A DNA stretch of 55,896 nt from Microgenomates group bacterium GW2011_GWA2_44_7 (GCA_000999595.1 LCJH01000008.1:1-55896), one strand, 5' to 3'; shown: positions 43,694 to 54,572, counted from the first letter of the stretch. Notes: generated by a model from the letters alone, not told the origin. Program-made: numbers and translations.

Positions 43694-44842
43694 ATGTCTT
43701 CTAACAAAATGGTTAAGAAAATTTTTGTGTTCCTCGTAACTTTTTATCTGCTTTTACTTCTAACAGGCAATCATTCTATGGCGATATACGACCCACTTGC
43801 AGTTGCAAACAACCGTGTGGGTATTCATATCTTCGATCCGGGTGAGATTACAGGAGCAGCTGAGATGATCAATGCCTCCGGAGGCGAGTGGGGTTACGTT
43901 ACTGTCCCAATCAGAATCGATGACCGCCGTTGGGATAAGTGGCAAAAATTTATGGATAGCGCAAAAGAAAAAAAAGTAATACCCATTTTACGCCTAGCCA
44001 CCGTGTTTGAAGGAGATAGCTGGATCAAACCTGTCGAAGATGACATCTTGGACTTTGCTAATTTTCTTTCCTCGCTCACTTGGCCTACATTAAATCGCTA
44101 TATCATTGTTTTTAATGAACCAAATCATGCAAAAGAATGGGGTGGGGAAGTAAGTCCGGAGGAATATACCGAAATATTAAGACTTACAATCGATCTTTTT
44201 AAAAGCCGATCGGATAAGTTCTTTATTTTACCCGCAGGTCTGGATGCTGCTGCGCCAGATTCAGCCACAACTTTGTCAATTAAAAAATTCATAACCCGGA
44301 TGGCAAAAAAGGATTCACGTATCTTTTTCACCTTGGACGGATGGACAAGCCACGCTTACCCGAATCCGGCTTTTTCAGGACTACCGACAGATAAAGGACC
44401 CGCTACCATTATCGGGTATCGATATGAAATAAATTACATCAAGCGTTGGTTAGGAGAAAGGAAACTCCCCATCTTTATTACTGAAACAGGCTGGCAACAC
44501 GAGAATATTTCGGTCGATGTGGCGGCAAAATATCTAAGCAGTGCCTTTGGAGAAATATGGACCGGCAAAGAGATTGTAGCCATCACGCCCTTTGTATTTA
44601 GCGCTTACGATGGGCCATTTACCAAATTTTCATTTTTGGAGAAAGGAAATGAAACAGCAAAATCGCAAATGATGCGAAACCTGAAGAAAGTCGCCGGTCA
44701 GCCCCTGATAGACCAAAGTGAAACGCCAAAAATTACTTCACTTCAGCCTGAAGCCACGCCACCTACAGACCAAAGTGAAATTAAATCATTGCTTGATCTT
44801 TTAAATTCAGCCTTAAGGTTGTTTAGACTTGACTTGAACTAG
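43694..44842 (+). CDS. Secreted clan GH-A-like glycoside hydrolase candidate
   Basis: Signal-like MSSNKMVKKIFVFLVTFYLLLLL. VFNEPNH (acid/base Glu) and IFITETGW (nucleophile Glu), spaced as in a (beta/alpha)8 barrel. The ORF is open from 43658. Confidence 0.5.
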   Translation: MSSNKMVKKIFVFLVTFYLLLLLTGNHSMAIYDPLAVANNRVGIHIFDPGEITGAAEMINASGGEWGYVTVPIRIDDRRWDKWQKFMDSAKEKKVIPILRLATVFEGDSWIKPVEDDILDFANFLSSLTWPTLNRYIIVFNEPNHAKEWGGEVSPEEYTEILRLTIDLFKSRSDKFFILPAGLDAAAPDSATTLSIKKFITRMAKKDSRIFFTLDGWTSHAYPNPAFSGLPTDKGPATIIGYRYEINYIKRWLGERKLPIFITETGWQHENISVDVAAKYLSSAFGEIWTGKEIVAITPFVFSAYDGPFTKFSFLEKGNETAKSQMMRNLKKVAGQPLIDQSETPKITSLQPEATPPTDQSEIKSLLDLLNSALRLFRLDLN

Positions 44843-44881
44843 GAAGCAAGTAATGGGAAAATTAAATGAGAAACAAAGGGG

Positions 44882-45136
44882 GTGAGAGAATTGCCTAAAT
44901 TAAAAGTAGGAATCGTGACACATTTTTTTGATAAGGTCGGCGTGGCCGTGGTTGATTTAAATGCGAATTTGAATGTTGGAGATACTATCGAATTTGAGAA
45001 AGGGGGTTTTTCTCAGACTGTTTCGTCCATGCAAATTGAACACGAACAAATTGATACCGCGAAGAAAGGACAAACCATTGGTCTGAAAGTCGAAAAAAAC
45101 GTAAAAAGTGGAGACACGATTCTTAAAAAAACATAA
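44882..45136 (+). CDS. Small beta-barrel protein resembling EF-Tu domain 2
   Basis: 84 aa. GDTIEF...IDTAKKGQTIGLKV...GDTILK pattern. The start codon is uncertain (GTG 44882 or TTG 44891). Confidence 0.4.
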   Translation: MRELPKLKVGIVTHFFDKVGVAVVDLNANLNVGDTIEFEKGGFSQTVSSMQIEHEQIDTAKKGQTIGLKVEKNVKSGDTILKKT

Positions 45137-45149
45137 AAGTAAAAACCGA

Positions 45150-45539
45150 ATGGAGCTTGCAAAAGCTCCGGATGTGCAAAAACTCATAAAGCGGTTAATA
45201 ACAGAACTGAAGTTAAGTCATATTTCTGCCAATCAGGTCATCTGTTTCAGAAGTAAGTTGGCCACAGCAAAAGCCTACGCCAGGATCTGGAGTTTTCCAA
45301 GAATATGGCAAATGGCTCTGGAGTTAAAACCTCACTATGTTATTGAAGTTTTGTCAGAACACTATGACAGATTACCGTACGAGGAACGACTGAAAGTTCT
45401 GATTCATGAGCTTTTACATATTCCCAAGACGTTTTCTGGAAGCTTGGTTCCGCATCGTAACCGAGGACGAAAAATAGACAGACGGAACGTCGAACAGCTC
45501 TTTAATCAGTTAAAAGAAATAAAGAAAGCTAAATTATGA
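45150..45539 (+). CDS. Predicted HExxH metallopeptidase (COG4900-like)
   Basis: VLIHELLHIPKTFSGSLVPH. The ORF is open from 45108, but the ATG at 45150 avoids overlap with the preceding gene. Confidence 0.5.
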   Translation: MELAKAPDVQKLIKRLITELKLSHISANQVICFRSKLATAKAYARIWSFPRIWQMALELKPHYVIEVLSEHYDRLPYEERLKVLIHELLHIPKTFSGSLVPHRNRGRKIDRRNVEQLFNQLKEIKKAKL

Positions 45540-46097
45540 TTATTATCATTCATGGCCAAGATGAAGTAGCTAGCCGAAAGTACTTATTTGAGCTGATAAA
45601 AAATACAAAAGGGGAGACTGTCAGGGCGGGCAAAAGTGACTTAGAAGGTGATAATTTAAGCAAGGCACTATCGGATATCTCGCTTTTTGCCCAAGAGAGG
45701 ACCATTATTATCGAGAATTTTCTTAAAATTAAGTCCTTGGTTTTAAAAGAAAACGCAAAGAATTTATTTAATAATTTCTCCGGCACAATTATCTTTTGGG
45801 AGGATGGCCAAAGGCCTGCAACGCTTCTGTCAAGCTTCGGTAAGGCAAAGATACTCGAATTTAAAATTCAGTCATCCGTCTTCCGATTCTTAGACGCAAT
45901 AAAACCAAATCAAGGACAAGGCAATGTTTCTCTCTTTAAACAAGCCCTTATTAGAAGTTCTCCAGAGATTATCTTTTACGGCTCAATCATTAAAGAAAGC
46001 TATAAAAGATCTTGTCTCCATTGATCTATCTCAGAAAACTTCTAAATCTCCACTATCGTTAAATCATCAGTTAGAGATTTTCCTGTTGCAGCTTTAG
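45536..46097 (+). pseudogene. holA: DNA polymerase III delta (holA)-like gene, internally shortened and frameshifted
   Basis: The N-terminal 162 codons (MIIIIHGQDEV...) stop at 46024. A different frame then encodes LKKAIKDLVSIDLSQKTSKSPLSLNHQLEIFLLQL* ending at 46097, which resembles the HolA C-terminus. Confidence 0.5.
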
Positions 46098-46148
46098 CTA
46101 ATATTACACAATCTTTCATTGGGTTCGGATTAAAGTTACAATAGCCTT

Positions 46149-47570
46149 GTGGCTGCCCAGGATTTTGTTGATAAAGCAATTTTTAGACGTAGTGATATTC
46201 GTGGGCTTTATCCACAGCAACTCAATATCCAAGTTGCCAAGAAAATCGGACAAGCCTTCTATCTCTGGCTACTTCAAAATCAACAAAAAGATCCAAATAT
46301 GCATTCGAAGATTACGATTGCCATAGGAAGAGACGTTCGTTACAGCAGCGGAGAAATATTCACCGGGTTAGCCGAAGGAATAATGGAAGAAGGCGGGAAC
46401 GTTGTTGATTTAGACCTCATCGGGACCGAAATTATTAGCTTTGCCGCTTCAACGCTTGGGGTCGACGGGGGAATCGTCGTTTCCGCCTCTCATAACCCGC
46501 AACAATACAACGGGGTAAAGCTTGTAAGAGCCGGAGCGGTACCGATCGCTTATGACTCCGGGCTTGACCAGATAAGACAAATAGTTGACCTATTACCCCA
46601 GATCAAAAATAAAACCTCCAAAGGAAGTGTTAACAGACAAAATATTTATGGTCATTGGACAAAGTATGTCGGGAAACTTATCCATAAATCCCGGATCAAA
46701 CCGCTCGGTGTGGTTATTGATGCCGGCAACGGTATGGGAGGTATGTTAATCGAACCGCTTCTGCCTTTTCTTCCGATTAGACTCACAAAAATGTATTTTG
46801 AACCGGACGGAAACTTCCCCAATCATGTACCAAATCCTCTTATCCCTGAAAACCTGAGAGACGTAATTACCGAGGTGATACGCCAAAAAGCTGACCTCGG
46901 GATAGCTTTCGATGGTGATGCAGACAGGGTGATTTTTATCGATGAAAGCGGTACGCCAATCAACTGCTCTGTAATTGGGGCGTTGATTGCAAAGGAGGAA
47001 CTTACCCAACAACCAGACAGCGCGGTTTTATATAACGCGGTGTGCGGAAGAATTGTTAAAGAAACGATCTTCTCAATGGGCGGTAAGCCCACCAGAACAA
47101 TGGTTGGTCACAGCGTGATAAAGGAAAAAATGCGGTCACTAAGTGCGATATTTGCAGTCGAGCATTCAGGACATTTTTATTACAAAGACTATTTCGAGTC
47201 CGACAGCAGCATCCTTACCATTATCAAAATTCTTGAAATAATCTCAAAAAACAACTGTAAACTGTCGGAAATAGTAAAACCTCTCAACGTTTATTTCCAA
47301 AGTGGTGAGATTAATTTTGAAACACCCGAAAAACAACATATTATTGAAGAGGTAAGAAAAAGATATATAAACGACACCTTAGCCTTTGACCAGCTCGATG
47401 GAGATTCGTTATGGTTTAACGATTGGTGGTTTAATATTCGTCCATCGCAAAATGAAGATTTATTAAGGCTAAATATCGAGACGGACAAAATGGAAAGACT
47501 CTCCAGTCAAAAGCGAGAATTAACAGAATTTATCAACAGTTTGGGAGCTAAAGTTTATCAACCTTTCTAA
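46149..47570 (+). CDS. Phosphomannomutase/phosphoglucomutase
   Basis: Active-site VSASHNPQQYNGVK, metal loop FDGDADR, sugar loop and GEQSGH-like EHSGH. GTG start. Confidence 0.85.
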   Translation: MAAQDFVDKAIFRRSDIRGLYPQQLNIQVAKKIGQAFYLWLLQNQQKDPNMHSKITIAIGRDVRYSSGEIFTGLAEGIMEEGGNVVDLDLIGTEIISFAASTLGVDGGIVVSASHNPQQYNGVKLVRAGAVPIAYDSGLDQIRQIVDLLPQIKNKTSKGSVNRQNIYGHWTKYVGKLIHKSRIKPLGVVIDAGNGMGGMLIEPLLPFLPIRLTKMYFEPDGNFPNHVPNPLIPENLRDVITEVIRQKADLGIAFDGDADRVIFIDESGTPINCSVIGALIAKEELTQQPDSAVLYNAVCGRIVKETIFSMGGKPTRTMVGHSVIKEKMRSLSAIFAVEHSGHFYYKDYFESDSSILTIIKILEIISKNNCKLSEIVKPLNVYFQSGEINFETPEKQHIIEEVRKRYINDTLAFDQLDGDSLWFNDWWFNIRPSQNEDLLRLNIETDKMERLSSQKRELTEFINSLGAKVYQPF

Positions 47571-47571
47571 T

Positions 47572-48642
47572 ATGTCGATGCTTGACAAGGAGAGTTTATA
47601 TCAAGGAGCAGAAATTGAATCTGTTATCGCGTCGCTGGATTTCCTTCCCGCTCAGATAGAGCAATCCTGGGCTGAGGTTGATAAAATATCGCTTCGTTTT
47701 TCAGTAAAGGGCATTGAGAACATTGTGGTTGCGGGGATGGGGGGGTCGGCGCTGGGGGGAGAAATTTTAAAAGGACTTGAAGCCCATCTTCTTCGAAAAC
47801 CGATAGAGATTGTGAGGGATTACTCCCTTCCGGGCTATGTTGACCAAAACTCGCTCATAATATTGTCAAGTTATTCCGGAGCGACTGAAGAGATAACGAC
47901 GATCGCCAAAGAAACTCTGAAAAAGACAAATAAAATCTTCATCTTTACTACCGGAGGGAACCTGGCGGATTTTGCCGCCAAGCATAACTTATCTGTTTAT
48001 GATCCAACCCCAATTTTTAACCCTTCCGATCTTCCCAGGCTTTCGCTGGGCTACTCGTTAACTACTCTCCTGTCCTTATTTAATAAACTATCTCTTCTTA
48101 AAATGAACAGCCGACGATTGCGTTCATTGATAAGTTTACTGGTCAGCTATAGAGATAGGTATCGACCTTCTGTGCCTACAAATGGCAACCCCGCCAAGAA
48201 ACTCGCGCTGACATTAATTGACCGACTGCCGGTGCTAGTAGGGGGTACTCACCTTTTTGGTTCCATTTCTGCAGCAAGAAATATGTTTCATGAAACAGGC
48301 AAAACATTTGCAGTTTCATATCCACTTCCCGAACTAAATCATCATCTCTTAGAGTCCTTGAGCTTTCCCAAAGACGTAACCAGAAGATTGACTTTTCTTT
48401 TATTGCTATCCAGATTTGACTACAAAGCGGTAAAGCAAAGAGCCAGAATAACAGCCACCGTTCTTGAAAAGCGAAACATTGCTTTTGAACCGATAAACAT
48501 AATCGGCAGAACGCCGCTAGAAGAAGTTTATTGGCTAATTCAGTTCTTTGGCTATGTAACTTTCTACTTGGCTATACTTTACGGGGTTGACCCAGGGCGG
48601 ACTCCTTGGGTAGACTATCTGAAGGAGTCACTTAAAGCGTAG
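47572..48642 (+). CDS. SIS-domain bifunctional phosphoglucose/phosphomannose isomerase
   Basis: VVAGMGGSALGGEIL and SSYSGATEE. Size and context next to PMM/PGM. Confidence 0.6.
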   Translation: MSMLDKESLYQGAEIESVIASLDFLPAQIEQSWAEVDKISLRFSVKGIENIVVAGMGGSALGGEILKGLEAHLLRKPIEIVRDYSLPGYVDQNSLIILSSYSGATEEITTIAKETLKKTNKIFIFTTGGNLADFAAKHNLSVYDPTPIFNPSDLPRLSLGYSLTTLLSLFNKLSLLKMNSRRLRSLISLLVSYRDRYRPSVPTNGNPAKKLALTLIDRLPVLVGGTHLFGSISAARNMFHETGKTFAVSYPLPELNHHLLESLSFPKDVTRRLTFLLLLSRFDYKAVKQRARITATVLEKRNIAFEPINIIGRTPLEEVYWLIQFFGYVTFYLAILYGVDPGRTPWVDYLKESLKA

Positions 48643-48661
48643 CGGTACAAATTAAAGAACG

Positions 48662-50977
48662 ATGGCATTTAAAATATTAAACAAACACCCTAAAGCTCAA
48701 TATATTCTCTGGTTTGACCAGGTCGGCAAAGAAGATACAGGGATAGTGGGAGGCAAGGGAGCGAACTTGGGTGAGATGACCAGATCCGGTTTCCCTGTTC
48801 CTCCGGGGTTTATTGTCTCGGCGCAAGCCTACAAGACATTTATTCACGAAAACCAGCTTGCAGATCGAATAAAGACAATTCTCGACCGAACTGATGTTAA
48901 TAAATCAGCCGATTTAAACGAAGCTTCGGACCAAATTAAAAAATTGATACTAAAAGGAACTATTTCAAGACCATTGGCACTGGAAGTACTTAAAGCTTAC
49001 AACGACCTGTCGGGCTTAAATGAAGAGCCTGCATTAGTAGCGGTAAGGTCATCCGCAACCGCAGAAGATTTGCCCGGAGCTTCGTTTGCCGGGCAACAAG
49101 CGACTTTCTTGAATGTTTTTGGTGATCATGAGGTGTTGAAAAAGGTTCAAGCTTGCTGGGCTTCGCTTTTTGAACCTAGAGCAATTTTTTATCGTGAGCA
49201 GAAACATTTTGACCATTTTAAGGTATTAATCGCCGTCCCCGTCCAAAAAATGGTACAGTCGGAAGTATCGGGTGTCATGTTCACAATAAATCCCACCACC
49301 AACGACAAAAAGGTTGTTGTAATTGAATCTGTCTGGGGCTTAGGAGAAATGATTGTCCAAGGAACAGTGACCCCGGACCATTATGAGGTAGACAAACAAT
49401 CTCTCGAGATTGTAGACAAGGAATTAGCAAAACAAAATATTCAACTTGTTTTATCTGGGACCGGAAATAAAGAGCTTCCCGTGCCTAAAATTAAACAAGA
49501 GAAGCAAAAAATCTCTAACGAAAAAATAAAAGAACTTGCAGAAATTGGGAAAAAATTGCAGCAACATTATCTGTTTCCCCAAGACGTGGAATGGGCCATA
49601 GAGAAAGGGAGGATATATATAGTTCAGACTAGACCAATTACAACCATCGCAGATGTCAAGGAAAAGGGTACTGATAATATAGTTAAAGAATCTCTACCAA
49701 AAATACTAACCGGTTCTTCCGCCAGTCCCGGGATGGCGACAGGCAACGTTAAGATAGTCCATTCACCCAAGGAAATAAGTAAAGTGTTACCAGGGGATAT
49801 CCTGGTGGCCCAGATGACTAGTCCTGATTATGTTCCTGCTATGCGTAAAGCTGCGGCCATTGTTACCGATAGAGGAGGGGCAACTAGCCATGCCGCAATT
49901 GTATCCAGGGAACTGGGAATCCCGTGTGTAGTCGGGACAGAAAAGGCAACAAAAGTCTTAAAAGACACAATGACAATCACCGTTAATGGTTCGACCGGTG
50001 AAGTCTTTAAGGGAGGTCATATTTCTGCTAACAAAAAACTGGAAGTTCCCAACCAACTTGGTAGAACCATGCCTGTAGTAACAGCAAAAACCGCCACAAA
50101 GGTTTATGTAAATCTGGCTGAACCCGATCGAGTCAGCGAAGTGGCCAAGATGGCGGTTGATGGTGTGGGCCTTCTAAGAGCGGAATTTATGATCGCCGAT
50201 ATCGGGGTACACCCCAAAAAAGCCATAAAAGATGGGAAAAAGAATGAATTTATTCAAAAGCTGACCGAGGGCATAAAGATATTTTGTGAAGCCTTTAGTC
50301 CCCGACCGGTAATTTATCGGGCAACCGATTTTAAAACAAATGAATATCGTAATCTTGTCGGAGGTCACGCCTATGAGCCAATTGAACCAAATCCCATGTT
50401 GGGTTTCAGAGGAGCCGCCAGGTATGTCGCCGATTCAGAAGTCTTTGAGTTGGAGCTCGAAGCCATTAAACGAGTGCGAGAAAAAGAAAATCTAAAGAAT
50501 ATCTGGTTGATGATACCCTTTGTCAGAACCCCAAAAGAACTACAGGCAGTAAAGAAAATTGTCGTTGGTTCCGGTCTGACCCGATCCGAAACGTTCAAGC
50601 TTTTAATGATGGCGGAGATTCCGACCAATGTCATTAGGCTTGAAGATTTTCTCGATGTAGGCGTAGATGGTATCTCCATCGGATCGAACGATCTGACAAT
50701 GATGATATTGGGAACCGATCGCGACAATGAAGAGGTAGCCTTCGATTTTGACGAACTTGATCCATCTGTCCTTTGGGGCCTGGAACGATTAATTAAGACC
50801 TGTAAAAAGTACCGGGTCACCAGTTCGATTTGTGGTCAGGCTCCCTCAAGATATCCCCAACTCGTGGAAAAGCTTGTTGAATGGGGAATAACCAGCGTTT
50901 CCGTAAATCCTGACGCGGTCGATGTAACCCGAAAAATGGTCGCAGAAGCCGAAAAAAAACTAGTAACTAAACGCTAA
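48662..50977 (+). CDS. ppsA: Phosphoenolpyruvate synthase (pyruvate, water dikinase)
   Basis: ATP-grasp N-terminus (GGKGANLGEM, VAVRSSATAEDLP), phospho-His domain GGATSHAAIVSRELGIPCVVG and a PEP-utilising C-terminus (GLLRAEF, IGSNDLT). Confidence 0.85.
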   Translation: MAFKILNKHPKAQYILWFDQVGKEDTGIVGGKGANLGEMTRSGFPVPPGFIVSAQAYKTFIHENQLADRIKTILDRTDVNKSADLNEASDQIKKLILKGTISRPLALEVLKAYNDLSGLNEEPALVAVRSSATAEDLPGASFAGQQATFLNVFGDHEVLKKVQACWASLFEPRAIFYREQKHFDHFKVLIAVPVQKMVQSEVSGVMFTINPTTNDKKVVVIESVWGLGEMIVQGTVTPDHYEVDKQSLEIVDKELAKQNIQLVLSGTGNKELPVPKIKQEKQKISNEKIKELAEIGKKLQQHYLFPQDVEWAIEKGRIYIVQTRPITTIADVKEKGTDNIVKESLPKILTGSSASPGMATGNVKIVHSPKEISKVLPGDILVAQMTSPDYVPAMRKAAAIVTDRGGATSHAAIVSRELGIPCVVGTEKATKVLKDTMTITVNGSTGEVFKGGHISANKKLEVPNQLGRTMPVVTAKTATKVYVNLAEPDRVSEVAKMAVDGVGLLRAEFMIADIGVHPKKAIKDGKKNEFIQKLTEGIKIFCEAFSPRPVIYRATDFKTNEYRNLVGGHAYEPIEPNPMLGFRGAARYVADSEVFELELEAIKRVREKENLKNIWLMIPFVRTPKELQAVKKIVVGSGLTRSETFKLLMMAEIPTNVIRLEDFLDVGVDGISIGSNDLTMMILGTDRDNEEVAFDFDELDPSVLWGLERLIKTCKKYRVTSSICGQAPSRYPQLVEKLVEWGITSVSVNPDAVDVTRKMVAEAEKKLVTKR

Positions 50978-50978
50978 G

Positions 50979-52238
50979 ATGACTGCTCAAATAAAAACAG
51001 TATTTTCAAGGCAAATATTAGATTCCAGAGGCCTTCCTACAGTTGAGACAATGGTAATTCTTGACACTGGGGGGTACGTCGTCGCCTCGGTTCCGTCTGG
51101 AACATCAACCGGGACCCACGAAGCGCTCGAACTACGAGATGGAAACAAAGAATATATGGGGCTTGGCGTAGAGCGCGCAGTTAAAAATGTCAATGAGACA
51201 ATCGGCCCCCATGTTAGAGGAATGGATGTCGCCAAACAGACAGACATTGATCACGCGATGATCGAGCTGGACGGAACAAGGAATAAATCAAATCTTGGAG
51301 CAAACGCCATTCTTTCCGTATCAATTGCGGTTTGTAAAGCAGGCGCACTTGCCAGTAATGTGCCGCTTTATCGGTATATCAGTACGATGGGAGGATTCAT
51401 TCAGGCAAAAAGAGTCCCGACCCCGTTCTTTAATTTAATAAACGGAGGTTTGCATGGAACAGGAAACTTGGATTTCCAAGAATTCCACTTAATTCCGGCT
51501 ACAAATAAATCATTTAAGGAATCACTAAAAATTGGAGTAGAGATTTACCAGAATCTTAAAAATTCATTGACCCGCCGTGGGGCGACCCGTAGTGTCGGTG
51601 ACGAAGGAGGTTTTACCCCAAATCTTTTTTCTAATTTAGATGCTTTCGAAGTTATGCTCGAAGCGGTAAGAGCCGCGGGTTATTCTCCTGGGAGTGATGT
51701 TTTTTTTGGCTTAGATTCAGCCGCGAACACTTTTTACAAAGACGGTAAGTACGTTATCAAGGACCGGAGCAGCCCCCTATCAACCAATGAAATGATTGAG
51801 TTTTATCGTAGTCTGTTGGAGCAGTATCGGTTAATTTCTATCGAAGATGGTTTATACGAAGATGACTGGGAAGGTTGGGTAAAATTAACTTCCGAGTTAG
51901 GCGAGAAGACCGTAATTATTGGCGATGATCTTTTGGTTACCAATAAAGAGCGACTGGAAAAGGGAATTAGCCTGAAAGCGGCAAATGGTATCCTTATTAA
52001 ACCGAACCAAATAGGGACAGTTTCAGAAACTATTGAAGCCATTAACATCGCCAGAAATAATGGTTGGCAAGCAGTTATTTCTCATCGATCGGGGGAAACT
52101 AATGACACTTTTATCGCTGATTTCTCTGTCGGAACAAACGCTCTTTACTGTAAATATGGAGGATTGTCCAGAGGCGAGAGAATTGCCAAATACAATCGGC
52201 TGATAGCCATTGAGGAAGAGATAATCGCAGCAAGCTAA
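50979..52238 (+). CDS. eno: Enolase
   Basis: ILDSRGLPTVE, IKPNQIGTVSET and SHRSGETNDTFIADFSVG. Confidence 0.95.
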   Translation: MTAQIKTVFSRQILDSRGLPTVETMVILDTGGYVVASVPSGTSTGTHEALELRDGNKEYMGLGVERAVKNVNETIGPHVRGMDVAKQTDIDHAMIELDGTRNKSNLGANAILSVSIAVCKAGALASNVPLYRYISTMGGFIQAKRVPTPFFNLINGGLHGTGNLDFQEFHLIPATNKSFKESLKIGVEIYQNLKNSLTRRGATRSVGDEGGFTPNLFSNLDAFEVMLEAVRAAGYSPGSDVFFGLDSAANTFYKDGKYVIKDRSSPLSTNEMIEFYRSLLEQYRLISIEDGLYEDDWEGWVKLTSELGEKTVIIGDDLLVTNKERLEKGISLKAANGILIKPNQIGTVSETIEAINIARNNGWQAVISHRSGETNDTFIADFSVGTNALYCKYGGLSRGERIAKYNRLIAIEEEIIAAS

Positions 52239-53900
52239 ATGTTGAATCAAAATCAGGCGAAATTAATAGTCCTTATTATTCTTGATGGCTGGGGTATTGC
52301 GCCTGCAGGACCCGGAAACGCGATTAGTCTGGCTAAAACCCCGAACATCTCCAGCTATTTAGCTGCTTACCCTCACGCACAATTAACGGCCTCCGGCGAA
52401 TCGGTAGGTCTGCCCAAGGGGGAAGTCGGCAACACAGAAACGGGCCATCTGAACCTAGGTGCAGGCCATATTGTTTATCAAGATCTACCTCGAATTAACA
52501 TGGCAATCGCTGATGGTAATTTCTTTAAAAATAGAGAATTTCATCAAGCAATTGATCATGTATTTAATTCCAAAGGCACGATTCATCTCATTGGGCTAAT
52601 CGGAGGCGGCGGAGTACATTCAAATAATGAACATCTTTTTGCCTTGATGCGCTTGGCAGCCCAACAAGGGTTTCCGAACGTGTTTTTACATCTCATTACT
52701 GATGGACGCGACTCACCACCCACCTCAGCCCTTGCCTATCTCGGTCAGATCCGAGCGGAAATCGCCAAAACCGGCGTCGGTCAGATTGCCACCGTTACGG
52801 GTCGATATTGGGCCATGGATAGGGACTTTCATTGGGATAGGACAGAAAGAGCATACAAAGCAATGACCGTCGGGACCGGGAATCACTTCCGAACACCTGA
52901 AGATGCAATTCAATTTGCATACTCCAAAAGAGTAACTGATGAATTTGTTGAACCTTCAGTCATAGTCGATAATTACGACCAGCCAATTTCATTAATAAAA
53001 TCTGGTGATAGCGCCATATTTTTTAATTATCGTATTGACAGGCCTCGACAGTTAACTCAAGTGTTCACAATGGATAACTTTGAAACAGAAGCCAATAACG
53101 TACTTTCGTTTGATCCATACAACGTAAAAGAGTTTAAAACTCATTTAGCCATACCAGTAAATGTGCGAGATAGAATGGCTCCTTTTAAAAGAGGGCCGAA
53201 GATCAGTGATCTTTACTTTGTAACCATGACAAAATACGACGACTCTATCCCTGCACACGTCGCCTTTCCCCCCGAGGTAGTAAACAACCCAATGGGAAGA
53301 ATAATTTCTGATGTAGGAATGCGACAATTACGCGCGGCAGAATCGGAAAAAGAACGCTTTGTCACTTTCTACTTTAACGGCCAAAGGGAGAACCCATTTC
53401 CCGGCGAAAACAGATTAATAATTCCCTCGCCAAAAGTACCGACTTACGATCAAAAACCGGAAATGTCAGCCGTAAAACTAACTGATGAAGTAATTTCACA
53501 GATTAAACATAATAATTATCAGTTTGTAGTCTTAAATTACGCCAACGCTGATATGGTGGGGCATACCGGCATCATTCCGGCCGCGATCAAAGCGTGTGAG
53601 GTAATTGACACTTGTGTCGCAAGGATTGTAAACGAGGTTAAAGCGATGGGAGGAGTCACCATCATTACCGCTGACCACGGGAACGTCGAAGAGATGGTTG
53701 ATTCCCATACAGGTGGCTCGGATACAGAACACTCCATCAGTGCTGTCCCCTTTATCGCAATCGGCGCCAGTCCTGACCCAAGAACCCTTCCGGCAGGCAT
53801 CCTTGCCGATGTCGCTCCGACCGCACTCTACCTGCTAGGAATAAAACCGCCACCCGACATGACCGGAAGGAACCTAATGGCTTTTTGGGTCGATATTTAG
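52239..53900 (+). CDS. gpmI: 2,3-bisphosphoglycerate-independent phosphoglycerate mutase
   Basis: ILDGWGI, GNTETGHLNLGAG, TDGRDSPP, NYANADMVGHTG and TADHGN. Confidence 0.95.
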   Translation: MLNQNQAKLIVLIILDGWGIAPAGPGNAISLAKTPNISSYLAAYPHAQLTASGESVGLPKGEVGNTETGHLNLGAGHIVYQDLPRINMAIADGNFFKNREFHQAIDHVFNSKGTIHLIGLIGGGGVHSNNEHLFALMRLAAQQGFPNVFLHLITDGRDSPPTSALAYLGQIRAEIAKTGVGQIATVTGRYWAMDRDFHWDRTERAYKAMTVGTGNHFRTPEDAIQFAYSKRVTDEFVEPSVIVDNYDQPISLIKSGDSAIFFNYRIDRPRQLTQVFTMDNFETEANNVLSFDPYNVKEFKTHLAIPVNVRDRMAPFKRGPKISDLYFVTMTKYDDSIPAHVAFPPEVVNNPMGRIISDVGMRQLRAAESEKERFVTFYFNGQRENPFPGENRLIIPSPKVPTYDQKPEMSAVKLTDEVISQIKHNNYQFVVLNYANADMVGHTGIIPAAIKACEVIDTCVARIVNEVKAMGGVTIITADHGNVEEMVDSHTGGSDTEHSISAVPFIAIGASPDPRTLPAGILADVAPTALYLLGIKPPPDMTGRNLMAFWVDI

Positions 53901-54572
53901 TCTAAGCACAGCCGTTATCTCACCTTTAGGGTTAGAAGATAATTGATAGAGTATCTCTTTCGGGTAGCCTCGCAGGATTTCTTGGTGTAATTTAGTCAAC
54001 TCTCGTAGAATTACAAGAGTGCAATTTGGAAACTGATCATCAAGGAGCGTAATTGACTCTCTGATTCTAAATGGAGATTCATAAAAGACGATAGTTATGG
54101 GAGTAACCTCGGTGAGTAATCGATACTGTTTAAATACCTCACGCTTGTTACCTGGCTTCTTTGGAAGAAATCCCCAAAAAAGTATCCTGTCAGATGGGAG
54201 TCCGGATAAAACGACCGCCGAGACGACGGCTGATGGTCCGGGAATTATGTCAAGCGGGATGTTGTTTAAAATAGCTTGTTTAATCAGGTAGTATCCGGGG
54301 TCTGAAATAAGAGGTGTTCCGCCATCTGAAAGAAGCGCTATATTTTTTCCAGAGTTCAACATTTCGATAACAAAAGGGGTTTTAGCCTTTTCGTTATAGT
54401 CGGTAAATGAAAGAAAGTCTTTTTTAGGAATTTGAAGTTCATGGAGCAGTTTACCGGTTCGACGCGTGTCTTCACACAACACCAAATCAACCTCGGTAAG
54501 AGTTTCAATCATTCGTTTACTAATATCCCCTAAGTTGCCGATGGGTGTTGACACAATATAAAGTTTGCCCAT
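53874..54572 (-). CDS. rsmI: 16S rRNA (cytidine1402-2'-O)-methyltransferase RsmI
   Basis: LYIVSTPIGNLGDIS, VDLVLCEDTRRTGKLL and SDGGTPLISDPG. Its 3' end overlaps the 3' end of gpmI by 27 nt (convergent genes). Confidence 0.85.
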   Translation of the reverse strand: MGKLYIVSTPIGNLGDISKRMIETLTEVDLVLCEDTRRTGKLLHELQIPKKDFLSFTDYNEKAKTPFVIEMLNSGKNIALLSDGGTPLISDPGYYLIKQAILNNIPLDIIPGPSAVVSAVVLSGLPSDRILFWGFLPKKPGNKREVFKQYRLLTEVTPITIVFYESPFRIRESITLLDDQFPNCTLVILRELTKLHQEILRGYPKEILYQLSSNPKGEITAVLRLNIDPKSH

